59,403 nt of DNA from Planctomycetota bacterium (lineage in GTDB: Bacteria; Planctomycetota; B15-G4; JADJEK01): the NCBI GenBank assembly GCA_044225365.1, contig JBGAIQ010000032.1, positions 1 through 59,403 on the forward strand, in the 5' to 3' direction. Positions 46,301 to 55,219 of this stretch are shown here, piece after piece. Below the pieces are notes generated by a model, which ran no database searches, was not told where the DNA came from, and saw nothing but the letters and a program-made list of their open reading frames with translations. A program made the translations under genes and the position numbers. The stretch's first letter is position 1. Every line of letters starts with the position of its first letter.

Positions 46301-48028
46301 ATGCTCTCCGTGCTCTTCACTCTGGCTCTCGCCGCGGCTCCCGCCGGCGAGGACGGCGCCGTAGACGATCCGGGCACGATCGCCATCGCCAACTTCAAGG
46401 GGCTCGACCCGCGCGAGCAGCAAGCGGTCATCGTCGCCATCAAGGAGAAGATCGAGGCATCGAACGATCCGGCCTTGAAGGCGCTGCTTGCGCTGCGCGA
46501 TCGCGCCAAGAAGGAGCTCGTCACGCAGCCCGGTAAGGCGTTGTCGTTCTACGAGCACTCGGTCTACGCGCCGGTGCAGGCCGCGCGGAGTTTCGTCGAT
46601 CCCACGAGCGCGAACGGCGTCCAGCAGTACGAGATGCTGCGACCCTGGGAGAGCGAGCCGCCGTTCAACTACGTGCGAGTGCGATACGACTTCGCGACGA
46701 ACGCCGCGCACCAGACCCTCGACGACGAGAGCTTCATCGCTCAAGTGTCGGACTTCCTCTTCGGATGCATTCCGGACAACGACGCCCTCGTCGCGTGGAT
46801 CACGTGGAAACTCGACAAGCGGGGCGACCTCGACGGGGTCGCGGATTACTTCGGACACGCCTACTGCGACCGCGTCGGCAATTGTTATACGAACATCACG
46901 ATGTACGACGCGTTCGCGAGTCAGGAGGACATCGAGCGCTCCGACATCGACGTCATCGCGTTCGCGCGGAACATCCTGAAGGACGACTCCTTCGTCTCCC
47001 CCATCCCGGGAGATAGCAAACAACAGAAACTCTATGATTCGATCGGCGAGGCCTTCCTCGACTACTTCCGTTATCGCTCCTCGATCGAATACGTCGCCGA
47101 TCTCTTCGTGAATCCGGACTCTGCGATGCGCAAGGATCACGAGGCGCTGCGCGAATACTACTGGACGCTTTTCGCCAAGGCCGACTCCATCGACGACCTG
47201 CTCGAGAAGTGGAACGGCTTCAAGGATCGCGAAGCGTTCAAGGCCGCGGTGAACGCGTGGCGCAAGGAGCCGGGCGTCGCCGATCGCGCCGTCGCATGGC
47301 GCGTCGCGCGCAATCAGGTCCGCTGGACGGTGAACGGCATCGCCACGGCCGTGCTGAAGGAGCGCTCGATCTGGCCGCCCGAGGAATCGAAGGCGGGCGC
47401 AAAACAGGAATCGCCTCCGACCGGCGGCGGCACGGCGAACTCCGACGACTCCTCGAAAGAGTCGCATCCGGAAGCGGCCGCGGCGACGAAGAGTGAATCC
47501 AAGGACACCGTGAAGGAAAACAAGATGTTGAACGTCGGCGACGTCGCCCCCGATTTCTCCGTGCCCGATGAATCCGGTAAAGTTCGAACCCTCACCGAGT
47601 TCAAGGGCAAGACCGTGCTGATCTGGTTCTACCCCAAGGCCAACACCCCTGGCTGAACGCTCGAAGGATGCGGGTTCCGTGATCGAACCCCCGAATTCGA
47701 GAAGCTCGGCATCGTCATCCTCGGTTGCTCGTTCGACTCGCAGGAAGACAATCGCGCGTTCAAGGAGAAGCAGGGCTTCTCCTACTCCCTGCTCTGCGAC
47801 ACCGACAAGAAACTGTGCATCGCCTACGGCGCAGCGAAGAGTGAAAGCACGGTCTGGCCCGACCGCATGTCAGTGGTCATCGGGCCCGACGGCAAGATCC
47901 TGAAGATCTACCCCAAGGTGAGCGCGAAGACGTTCTTCGACGACGCGTTGAAGGACCTCGGTGGCACCCCGCCCGCGGCGCCACCGAGCAAGGGCGGCGG
48001 CTTCTTCAAGCGCTTGTTCGGCTCGTAG
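46301..48028 (+). CDS. bcp: Exported unknown domain fused to a selenocysteine BCP/PrxQ peroxiredoxin (UGA at 47654-47656 read as Sec); possible internal start at 47525
   Basis: MLNVGDVAPDF..WFYPKANTPG*TLEGCGFRD..ILGCSFDS..FSYSLLCD..RMSVVIGPDGKI continues in frame to TAG 48026-48028. The TGA occupies the peroxidatic Cys position. Confidence 0.85.
47672..47690 (+). promoter_or_regulatory. Candidate bacterial SECIS hairpin
   Basis: GGGTTC-CGTGATC-GAACCC, starting 15 nt after the in-frame UGA, with G near the start of the apical loop. Confidence 0.6.
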
Positions 48029-48043
48029 TCGGCACCGACGTTC

Positions 48044-48424
48044 CTAGACGCTGGCTCCGTGTTCGATCAGGAGTGTTTTCAACACGGAGCGATGACATCG
48101 CTCCTCATTTTCGCAGTAGCACCCCACCGCAATCGACGCGTCATGCGAGAGCGCCGCGAGGAGCATCAGCAATCGCTCCGCCGGCGGACGCTTCATCTCG
48201 GCGCGATAGCGTTTCACGAATCGCTGCCACGCCTTCTCGTCCTTCGCTCCGAGAGCCGTTTTCACGAGCTCTTCGGACGGCGCGAGTTCGGGCAGCCACG
48301 CGTCGTAGTAATCGCGCGAGGCGTACTCCGCCTTCGGCACGCCTCGCGGCGGCCTTCGCACGGTGCCAATGCGCAACCCCTCGCCGGGCGTGCGCGCACT
48401 ACCGAGTCGGACGATTCGGATCAC
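48044..48424 (-). CDS. DUF488/YeaO-family protein
   Basis: GLRIGTVRRPPRGVPK, WLPELAPSEEL, YRAEM, CYCENEERCHRS. Confidence 0.88.
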   Translation of the reverse strand: MIRIVRLGSARTPGEGLRIGTVRRPPRGVPKAEYASRDYYDAWLPELAPSEELVKTALGAKDEKAWQRFVKRYRAEMKRPPAERLLMLLAALSHDASIAVGCYCENEERCHRSVLKTLLIEHGASV

Positions 48425-48905
48425 GACGCCTCGGCCTCTGCTTCGCGGAGATGGATTTGATGACGAGGCGCCCGCGACCGCTCCTCGGCATGGGGACCTT
48501 CAGATACGCAAGCGACGCCCGAATGAGCGCTTCCACTGCGGGCTGCTTCAACGTGGCGGGTCCCTCCAAGCGCACGAATCGGGTCTGCTTCCCGCCTCCG
48601 AGTAGGATCTTCTTCGGATCGGGCAACGACGCCCCATGGAAGAAGCAGAGCGCCACGCCCTTCGGTGAGATGGCGAGCGACATTGGAGTTTCGGACACTC
48701 GTTCGGTCGCGGAGTACCCGATCGCCAGGAATTGATAGTTGTCGTAGACGAGCTCGTTCGCGGTCGGCAGCCGCTTTCGCATCGCTCCGCGCAGCGATGT
48801 TGCCAACTTCGCGACGGATCGTTCGTACTTGGCGATGAACCCAGCGAGTTGCTTCGCGGGCGAGTCCTTGGATGTCGAGACTTTCGCTCGGCGTTTCGTT
48901 GCCAC
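48399..48905 (-). CDS. DUF1801-family protein
   Basis: LPTANELVYDNY, GVALCFFHGASLPDPKKILLGGGKQTRFVRL. GTG start at 48905 inferred. Confidence 0.8.
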   Translation of the reverse strand: MATKRRAKVSTSKDSPAKQLAGFIAKYERSVAKLATSLRGAMRKRLPTANELVYDNYQFLAIGYSATERVSETPMSLAISPKGVALCFFHGASLPDPKKILLGGGKQTRFVRLEGPATLKQPAVEALIRASLAYLKVPMPRSGRGRLVIKSISAKQRPRRRDPNRPTR

Positions 48906-49087
48906 GGTTCCCACCCACGCATCGAGGATATGGACGCGGATTCGCCCGGCCCGAAGGCGCCGAATCGCTTGGTCTAGATTCGGTGCTCGGCCGGCTTCTT
49001 CGCCGCGTCCTTTCTCGGCAACGCGGTGCGCATCCGTTGCATTCGGATTAGAGTCGGTGGCCGAAGCCCTTCGCCAGAGGAAATCCC

Positions 49088-51856
49088 ATGCTGTCACGAT
49101 GGCTCATCGTTCTTACGGTCACCGCGTCCACGGCTTTCGCGGGCCCCGATCCCGCCTCCTTCCAGCACTACTCCTCCGGTTATCGCTACACGCAGGACGG
49201 CTGGATCGTGCTGCACATCGAAGGCGCGCCGTACGAGCGCGGCGTCCAGCACGGTCGGCTGATGGCTCCCGAGATCGAGAGCTTCCTGCGCTGCAATGCG
49301 ACGATGCTGTCGAACGAGTCCCCCGAGGATGGCTGGAAGCTCGCGCGCACGTTGACCGACACGGTCTTCCTGCGCGGTTTCGATCGCGAGTACATCGACG
49401 AGATGAAGGGGATCGCCGACGGCGCGTCGGCCGCGGGCGCACGCTTCGACGATCGACCGATCGATCTCGTCGACGTCGCCGCGCTCAATCTCTGGTCCGA
49501 ACTCATGACGCTCGACGACGCGAACGCCGCGCGGCCGACCGGCCTCGAAGGTGTCGTCTTCCCGCATTCGCCGGGCAAGCCCGCGCGCGCCCCGCAGGAA
49601 GGGCACTGCTCGGCCTTCGCCGCCACCGGCAAAGCGACGAAGGACGGCCACGCGATGATCGGCCACGTGACGATGTTCAGTCTCTATCCCTCGGGCTTCT
49701 ACAACGTGTGGATCGACGTCAAGCCCGAGCGCGGCCATCGCCTGACGATGCAGAGCTACCCCGCCGGGATCTACAGCGGGATGGATTACTACTTGAACGA
49801 CGCCGGCCTCGCGATGGTCGAGACCACGATCGATCAGACTCGCTTCGATCCGTCCGGCATCTCGGTCGCGTCACGAGCGCGCAAGGCGCTGCAGTACGCG
49901 AATTCCATCGACGCCGCGGTCGCGATCCTGAAGGAGAACAACAACGGCCTCTACAACAACGAGTGGCTGTTCGCGGACATGAACACCGACGAGATCGGGA
50001 TGTTCGAACTCGCCACCCATTCGGGCAAGCTGTGGCGCAGCGGCAAGAACGAATGGTTCGGCGGCACCGAGGGTTTTTACTGGGGCTGTAACAACGCGAA
50101 GGACCTCGCGGGCAGGCTCGAGACGATCGCGGCGACCAACGACAAACCGGCGAACATGGTCTGGCACCCGTCCGATCGCGATCTCAAGTGGGTCGAGTTG
50201 TATTCCAAGTACGCGGGACGGATGGACGAGGATTTCGCGCGGACCGCGTTCACGACGGCGCCCATCTGTGCGTCGCCGTCGGTCGACGTGAAATTCACGA
50301 CGGGCACGCTCGCGAAGACGACGCAGAGCTGGTGCCTCTTCGGGCCACCGCTGGGTCGCACCTGGCTGCCCACGCTCGACGAGAGCAAGAAGTACAAGGA
50401 AGTGCGCCCGCTCGTCAGCAATCCTTGGACACTGCTCGGCCCCGCTGCGCCGCCGCCGGCCGCAGGCCCGTCGGCCGTGGACCTTCCCGATCCTTCCGCG
50501 AGCGAGATCAAGAACCTGATCACGCAACTGGGCGACGACGAGAAGAAGAAGGCGGCGATCGAACCGCACACCGAGCCCGCCTGGCACGGCACCATCCTGC
50601 CCGCAACCGACGCCGACCTGTGGCTCGCGAGCGCGTTTCCCGAATTCGAGTCGATCGTGAGTCGCGAACGCGGGTTCGTCGAGTGCAGCAAGGAGAAGTG
50701 CCTGTGTGATGCCGATGCCGACAAGGTGGCGGTGAACCTGTTCGCGGCGCGCGCGCGCTATCTCGCGGGAACTCGAGCCGATGGCGACGTTTCCCTCTCC
50801 GCGCTGAAGCCCGACTACTCGAAGCAGGGTTGGTATCAGGTCGCGTCGGGCAAGGGCGTGCTCGTCCTCTCCGAACTGCGTCGCCTGCTCGGCGATGAAG
50901 CGTTCCTCGCGCTGATGGACGACTTCGGCCGGGCGAATGCCGGCAAGGCCGCGAGCACGGCGGACTTCACGGCAGCGGCTTCCAAGTCTGCGGGTCGCGA
51001 TCTCTCCGCGTTCTTCTCGTACTGGCTCACGGGGGCCGGACTCCCGAAATTCGAGCTCACGGACGCGACGCTCGAACCCGTTGCCTCTCCGCAAGACGGC
51101 TTCGTGTGCCACGCCGTCGTGAAGCAAACGGGCGGTCCCGCGATCTCGAACGTCGAGGCCACGCTCGAGTACTTGGGCGGTGAGACGACCAAGGTGGTGA
51201 CGGTCGATTCCGCGGGCCGTTTCGAACTCCGTGCTCCCCATTCACCCGTTCGTCTCGTCGTCGACAAGTACGCGCGAATGGCGCGCGGCGGCAACGAGGC
51301 CGATCTCACGGAATTCCGCAGCGATCTCGCTCACACGCTCATCGTCATCGGTTCGCTGGGTGATCTCGAAGCCAACAAGGACGCCGCCGAGGTCTGCCAG
51401 CGTTCGATCCGCACGACGCGCTTCAACGTCATCGTGCCAATGAAGCTCGACCGCGACGTGAGCGACAGCGACCTCGCGACGAATCACCTGATCCTGATCG
51501 GACGGCCGTCGACCAACTCGGTCGGCGCGCGCGTCGCGTCGTCGCTCCCCGTGTCGTTCGGACCCGCCTCGTTCACCGTGCGCGCTTCCCTCTACGCGCA
51601 TGGAAACAGCGCCGTGCTCGCCGCCGGCATCAACCCCTTCAACCCGCGCTTCACGGTCGTCGCGCTCGCCGGCAACTCGGCGACGTCGACCTACCTGCAC
51701 GCGACGGACGTGGCGACCGCCGAGCCGGGCTCTCAGGTGCGGCTCTTCGCACCCAACGGCAAGGCCACTTCGCTCGTGATGCCCGACCCGAAACTCGTGA
51801 AGAGTTTCTCCAGCTCGGGTGGGCCATCCAAGGCCAGCGTGGGTGCGCCTCCTTGA
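49088..51856 (+). CDS. Exported Ntn-hydrolase (peptidase C45/phospholipase B-like) with an M1-aminopeptidase-like helical region and C-terminal domain
   Basis: IEGAPYERGVQHG, nucleophile H-CSAF, NNGLYNNEW. KGVLVLSELRRLLGDEAF..FFSYWLTGAGLP resembles the M1 C-terminal region, but there is no HEXXH. Confidence 0.82.
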   Translation: MLSRWLIVLTVTASTAFAGPDPASFQHYSSGYRYTQDGWIVLHIEGAPYERGVQHGRLMAPEIESFLRCNATMLSNESPEDGWKLARTLTDTVFLRGFDREYIDEMKGIADGASAAGARFDDRPIDLVDVAALNLWSELMTLDDANAARPTGLEGVVFPHSPGKPARAPQEGHCSAFAATGKATKDGHAMIGHVTMFSLYPSGFYNVWIDVKPERGHRLTMQSYPAGIYSGMDYYLNDAGLAMVETTIDQTRFDPSGISVASRARKALQYANSIDAAVAILKENNNGLYNNEWLFADMNTDEIGMFELATHSGKLWRSGKNEWFGGTEGFYWGCNNAKDLAGRLETIAATNDKPANMVWHPSDRDLKWVELYSKYAGRMDEDFARTAFTTAPICASPSVDVKFTTGTLAKTTQSWCLFGPPLGRTWLPTLDESKKYKEVRPLVSNPWTLLGPAAPPPAAGPSAVDLPDPSASEIKNLITQLGDDEKKKAAIEPHTEPAWHGTILPATDADLWLASAFPEFESIVSRERGFVECSKEKCLCDADADKVAVNLFAARARYLAGTRADGDVSLSALKPDYSKQGWYQVASGKGVLVLSELRRLLGDEAFLALMDDFGRANAGKAASTADFTAAASKSAGRDLSAFFSYWLTGAGLPKFELTDATLEPVASPQDGFVCHAVVKQTGGPAISNVEATLEYLGGETTKVVTVDSAGRFELRAPHSPVRLVVDKYARMARGGNEADLTEFRSDLAHTLIVIGSLGDLEANKDAAEVCQRSIRTTRFNVIVPMKLDRDVSDSDLATNHLILIGRPSTNSVGARVASSLPVSFGPASFTVRASLYAHGNSAVLAAGINPFNPRFTVVALAGNSATSTYLHATDVATAEPGSQVRLFAPNGKATSLVMPDPKLVKSFSSSGGPSKASVGAPP

Positions 51857-51885
51857 ACAGGGGAACAGTGGAACAGTGCAACCAC

Positions 51886-51974
51886 GGGGACCGCCGGGCT
51901 CTAGCCCGGCTCTTCTCTTGCGATTCGACACTTTCACCCGTCCATCAGGATGCCGGGCTGGAGCCCGGCGGTCC
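51886..51974. repeat. REP/BIME-like cluster 4
   Basis: GGACCGCCGGGCTCTAGCCCGGC plus inverted ATGCCGGGCTGGAGCCCGGCGGTCC. Confidence 0.85.
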
Positions 51975-51995
51975 GCTCGCTCCGCTCAGTCCCGG

Positions 51996-52271
51996 GCGCG
52001 CTTCCCTCTACGCGCATGGGAACAGCGCGGTGCTCGCCGCCGGCGTCAACCCCTTCAACCCGCGCTTCACGGTCGTCGCGCTCGCCGGCAACTCGGCGAC
52101 GTCGACCTACCTGCACGCGACGGACGTCGCCCCGCCGAGCCGGGCTCTCAGGTGCGGCTCTTCGCACCCAACGGCAAGGCCACTTCGCTCGTGATGCCCG
52201 ACCCGAAACTCGTGAAGAGTTTCTCCAGCTCGGTTGGGCCATCCAAGGCCAGCGTGGGTGCCCCTCCTTGA
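51996..52271 (+). pseudogene. Duplicated 3' end of the C45 hydrolase gene (copy of 51580-51856), frameshifted
   Basis: Near-identical 276/277-bp direct repeat ending at the same TGA. One-base deletion (GTGGCGACCGCC vs GTCGCCCCGCC). No start codon. Confidence 0.9.
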
Positions 52272-52360
52272 GCATTCAAACATTGAAAACGTCCGGGGAG
52301 CGGATCCGACGAAGACCCCGCAACTCGCAGATCGGGCCAAGCGCGATCGTCATCGGTCGT

Positions 52361-52621
52361 TCAGGCCGCTCCTCGGGCCCGGTTCCCGGCTAGCAAGCCT
52401 TCCACGCTGAGATCCTCATCCGCTTCCGGCCAGTGAATGCCTTCGCCATCGCCTAGGATTTCCCATTTGTCCCGAGCTGCGGTGGTCGCACGCAGGAGAC
52501 GAGGAAACCAGACGAGCGGAACGGAGATCGCGCGTCCATCCGCGAGTTGAACGGTCAGCGCGTCCTCCGACACGACGACAGCGCGCGCCAATGGGCGTAG
52601 CTCAATGCGCGAAGTACTCAT
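52361..52621 (-). CDS. DUF2442-family protein (putative antitoxin)
   Basis: LTVQLADGRAISVPLVWFPRL, GEGIHWPEADEDLSVEGLL. Confidence 0.92.
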   Translation of the reverse strand: MSTSRIELRPLARAVVVSEDALTVQLADGRAISVPLVWFPRLLRATTAARDKWEILGDGEGIHWPEADEDLSVEGLLAGNRARGAA

Positions 52622-52841
52622 TCCAGACCTTCAAGATCATGATCAGGTTCTCGGAAACGATGCCTTCGATCCTTCGGAGTTCGCGAGGATCGAATCCGGT
52701 GGATCTCGCGAGTGCGAGCGGCTCGAGCCAAAACTTCGCCAACTTGCGTTCACGCTGGACATGAACATGAGGTGGTTCTCCCGCCTCATTGCTGAAGAAG
52801 AACAAACGGTAGGGACCCGATCGAAGTACCGTTGGCGACAC
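52602..52841 (-). CDS. DUF4160-family protein (putative toxin)
   Basis: PTVLRSGPYRLFFFSNE, EPPHVHV, AKFWL. Overlaps the DUF2442 gene. Confidence 0.92.
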   Translation of the reverse strand: MSPTVLRSGPYRLFFFSNEAGEPPHVHVQRERKLAKFWLEPLALARSTGFDPRELRRIEGIVSENLIMILKVWNEYFAH

Positions 52842-52909
52842 TTCGCCATTCTACCACCTTCGCCTCCGTCGAGGCGCGTGCTGCGGCCCGAACTCGCTCC
52901 CCACGATCC

Positions 52910-53704
52910 TCACTTCCGCCGGACTTCGAGGATCGTGTACCAGGACCAGTTCTTCACGATCGGAACGATCGCGAGGAAGCGGTCGAGTCCGCGCAGGAGG
53001 CGCGACACGAACAACGCGAGACCGGCGGGGAGCTTCTTCAGCACGGGCACGAGGTCGGGATTGTCGCAGAACACGTAGCCGATGAATCCGAACCGTTGCT
53101 CGCGCGCGACCACGAGGCCGGCCTTGCCGAGCAACTCGCGCATCTGACCCCGAGTGTACGCGCGATCGATCGTGTGGATCTTGCCGAAGCTCGGGCGGCG
53201 CTTCACCCACCAGCGGGCGAGGCGGAAGATCGGGAAGTCATTCGCCGGCTCCCCGAGCACGAGCCGGCCCTCGGGCTTCAGGACGCGGCAGATCTCGGAG
53301 AGCACGCCGATCTCGTCGTCCATGTGATGCAGCGCAGAGCGGCAGAGCACCACGTCGAGCGAACGGTCCTGGATCGGCAACGCCGCCATGTCCGCGCGTG
53401 CGAGGCCCACGCTCGCGCCTTCGCGCTGACCCGCCCTGTCGTACCCTTCGAGCATCTCTTGGCTGATGTCGAGACCAAAGACCCTCGAGTAACGCATGGA
53501 GAGCTTGTGCAACATGAGGCCCGTGCCGCAGCCGAGGTCGGCGGCGCGTAGGTCGTTTCCGGATGGCGCCATCGAGAGCAAGAGGTCGTTCCGTTCCTGC
53601 TGGAACTCCTCGGCGAAGCGATAGGTCGCGCGACGTTTGTACATCGCCGCGACCTCGCGGTGCATCTCGATCTGATCCTTGCGGTGGTCGGTGAGGGAAC
53701 TCAT
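52910..53704 (-). CDS. Class I SAM-dependent methyltransferase
   Basis: ADLGCGTG, GLDISQEML, ADMAALP, LHH, RVLKPEG. Confidence 0.92.
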   Translation of the reverse strand: MSSLTDHRKDQIEMHREVAAMYKRRATYRFAEEFQQERNDLLLSMAPSGNDLRAADLGCGTGLMLHKLSMRYSRVFGLDISQEMLEGYDRAGQREGASVGLARADMAALPIQDRSLDVVLCRSALHHMDDEIGVLSEICRVLKPEGRLVLGEPANDFPIFRLARWWVKRRPSFGKIHTIDRAYTRGQMRELLGKAGLVVAREQRFGFIGYVFCDNPDLVPVLKKLPAGLALFVSRLLRGLDRFLAIVPIVKNWSWYTILEVRRK

Positions 53705-53839
53705 GGTCGTTCGCGGGAAGAGCATACGCCGGAAAATCGCTCCGCGCGAACGATCGCGCGGACATCGCTTTCATCGCTTCCGAGTCGTGCCTCCTTTCGC
53801 TACCTTCGGTGCATTCGACAGAGTGCGGAGTTCGAGCTC

Positions 53840-54406
53840 ATGAGTGAAATCAGTATCGACGATCGTGGTCGCGCCCTCGAGGATTCGTTCTTCCGGGATC
53901 GCGACAAGCGGCTCGTCGCCGAGATGAAGGCGGCGAAGGACAAGAAGCGCGCGCTGGAGGACCTGAAGCTCGTTTCGGGGATCCGCGACGACGCCGTGAT
54001 CGAACAGCTCTGGGAGATGAAGGTCTCGCCCGAGTCGATCGGCTCGCTCTCCATCGTTCCGCTCGTCCTCGTGGCGTGGGCCGATGGCGTTGTGTCGAAG
54101 AAGGAGCGCGAGGCGATCCAGCAGTCCGCCGTCGCGGTCGGAATCACCAAGGGCAGCACGGCGGAGCAGCTCCTCACGCACTGGCTCACGAATCCGCCCG
54201 CCGAGAATCTGTTCGATACCTGGGAGAGCTACACGAAGGCCCTGTGCAAGGGCATCGATCCCAAGGCCCGCACGGCGCTGTGTAGCGAGGTCATGGACCG
54301 CGCGCGCAAGGTCGCGGAGTCGACGGGCGGCCTCCTCGGACTCGTTTCGAAGGTCTCGAGCGAAGAGGAATACGTGCTCGCCAAGCTGAAGAAGGCCTTC
54401 GCCTGA
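53840..54406 (+). CDS. Conserved hypothetical protein with TerB-like helical domain
   Basis: RGRALEDSFF, PLVLVAWADGVVSKKEREAI, VAESTGGLLG..VSSEE. Confidence 0.8.
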   Translation: MSEISIDDRGRALEDSFFRDRDKRLVAEMKAAKDKKRALEDLKLVSGIRDDAVIEQLWEMKVSPESIGSLSIVPLVLVAWADGVVSKKEREAIQQSAVAVGITKGSTAEQLLTHWLTNPPAENLFDTWESYTKALCKGIDPKARTALCSEVMDRARKVAESTGGLLGLVSKVSSEEEYVLAKLKKAFA

Positions 54407-54443
54407 ACCCGGCCTGGGTTCTCGCGAGACTTCGAGCGAAGCG

Positions 54444-55211
54444 ATGCGGATCGCAACCTGGAACGTGAACTCCGTGCGCGCGCGCCTGCCGCGGCTCCTG
54501 CCGTGGCTCGAGGCGCAGCGCCCGGACGTCGTGTGCTTGCAAGAACTGAAGTGCCAGGATGCGGAGTTCCCGAAGGAACCGATCGAAGCGCTCGGCTACC
54601 GCGTCGAGATGCACGGTCAGAAGACCTACAACGGCGTCGCGATCCTCTCGCTCCTGCCGATCGCAAACGTGAAGAAGGGCATGCCCGGCGATCCGGTCGA
54701 CACCGACCGTCGCGTGATCTGCGCCGAGGTGGGTGGCGTGCTTGTCGCGAACGTGTACGTCGTGAACGGCCAGGAAGTCGGCAGCGACAAGTACAAGTAC
54801 AAGCTCGAGTGGATGGCGCGACTCGGAGACCATCTGCGCGGGCTCGACCTCGGATCTCCCGTGGTACTGCTCGGCGACTTCAACGTGACGTTCGACGATC
54901 GCGATGTCTACGACCCGAAGGCGTGGCACGAGAAGATCCTGTGCTCGACGCCCGAACGGGACTCGCTCGCTTCGATCTGCAAGCTCGGTTTCACGGATTC
55001 GTTCCGCCGCTTCCACGAAGAGGGCGGTCACTACACGTGGTGGGACTTCCGCACGCGCGGATTCCAAAGGAAGCAGGGCCTACGAATCGATCACCTGCTC
55101 ATGACGAAGAAGGCTATCGATCGGTGCACGAATGTGACGATCGATCTTGCGGCGCGCGATGGCGAGAAGCCGTCGGATCATGCGCCGGTCATCGCGACCC
55201 TCGAACTCTGA
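54444..55211 (+). CDS. xth: Exodeoxyribonuclease III
   Basis: IATWNVNS, LQELK, YNGVAI, GDFN, YTWWDFR, GLRIDH, PSDHAPV. Confidence 0.96.
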   Translation: MRIATWNVNSVRARLPRLLPWLEAQRPDVVCLQELKCQDAEFPKEPIEALGYRVEMHGQKTYNGVAILSLLPIANVKKGMPGDPVDTDRRVICAEVGGVLVANVYVVNGQEVGSDKYKYKLEWMARLGDHLRGLDLGSPVVLLGDFNVTFDDRDVYDPKAWHEKILCSTPERDSLASICKLGFTDSFRRFHEEGGHYTWWDFRTRGFQRKQGLRIDHLLMTKKAIDRCTNVTIDLAARDGEKPSDHAPVIATLEL

Positions 55212-55219
55212 GGAATTCC

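Noticed and set aside
47654-48028. bcp pseudogene by nonsense mutation
   Set aside because: The stop is TGA exactly at the catalytic Cys, the downstream frame is intact and a SECIS-like hairpin follows. Recoding is the better explanation.
48421-48918. 165-aa minus-strand ORF
   Set aside because: It is the alternative frame of the DUF1801 gene, which carries the recognisable motifs.
51855-51880. GGAACAGT short tandem repeat after the C45 stop
   Set aside because: Only about three imperfect 8-mers; no function can be supported.
51580-52271. Diversity-generating retroelement VR/TR pair
   Set aside because: Mismatches are not at adenines of the downstream copy (it has G, T or C there), there is an indel, and no adjacent DGR RT or avd gene is present. 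The only RT trace belongs to a group II intron.
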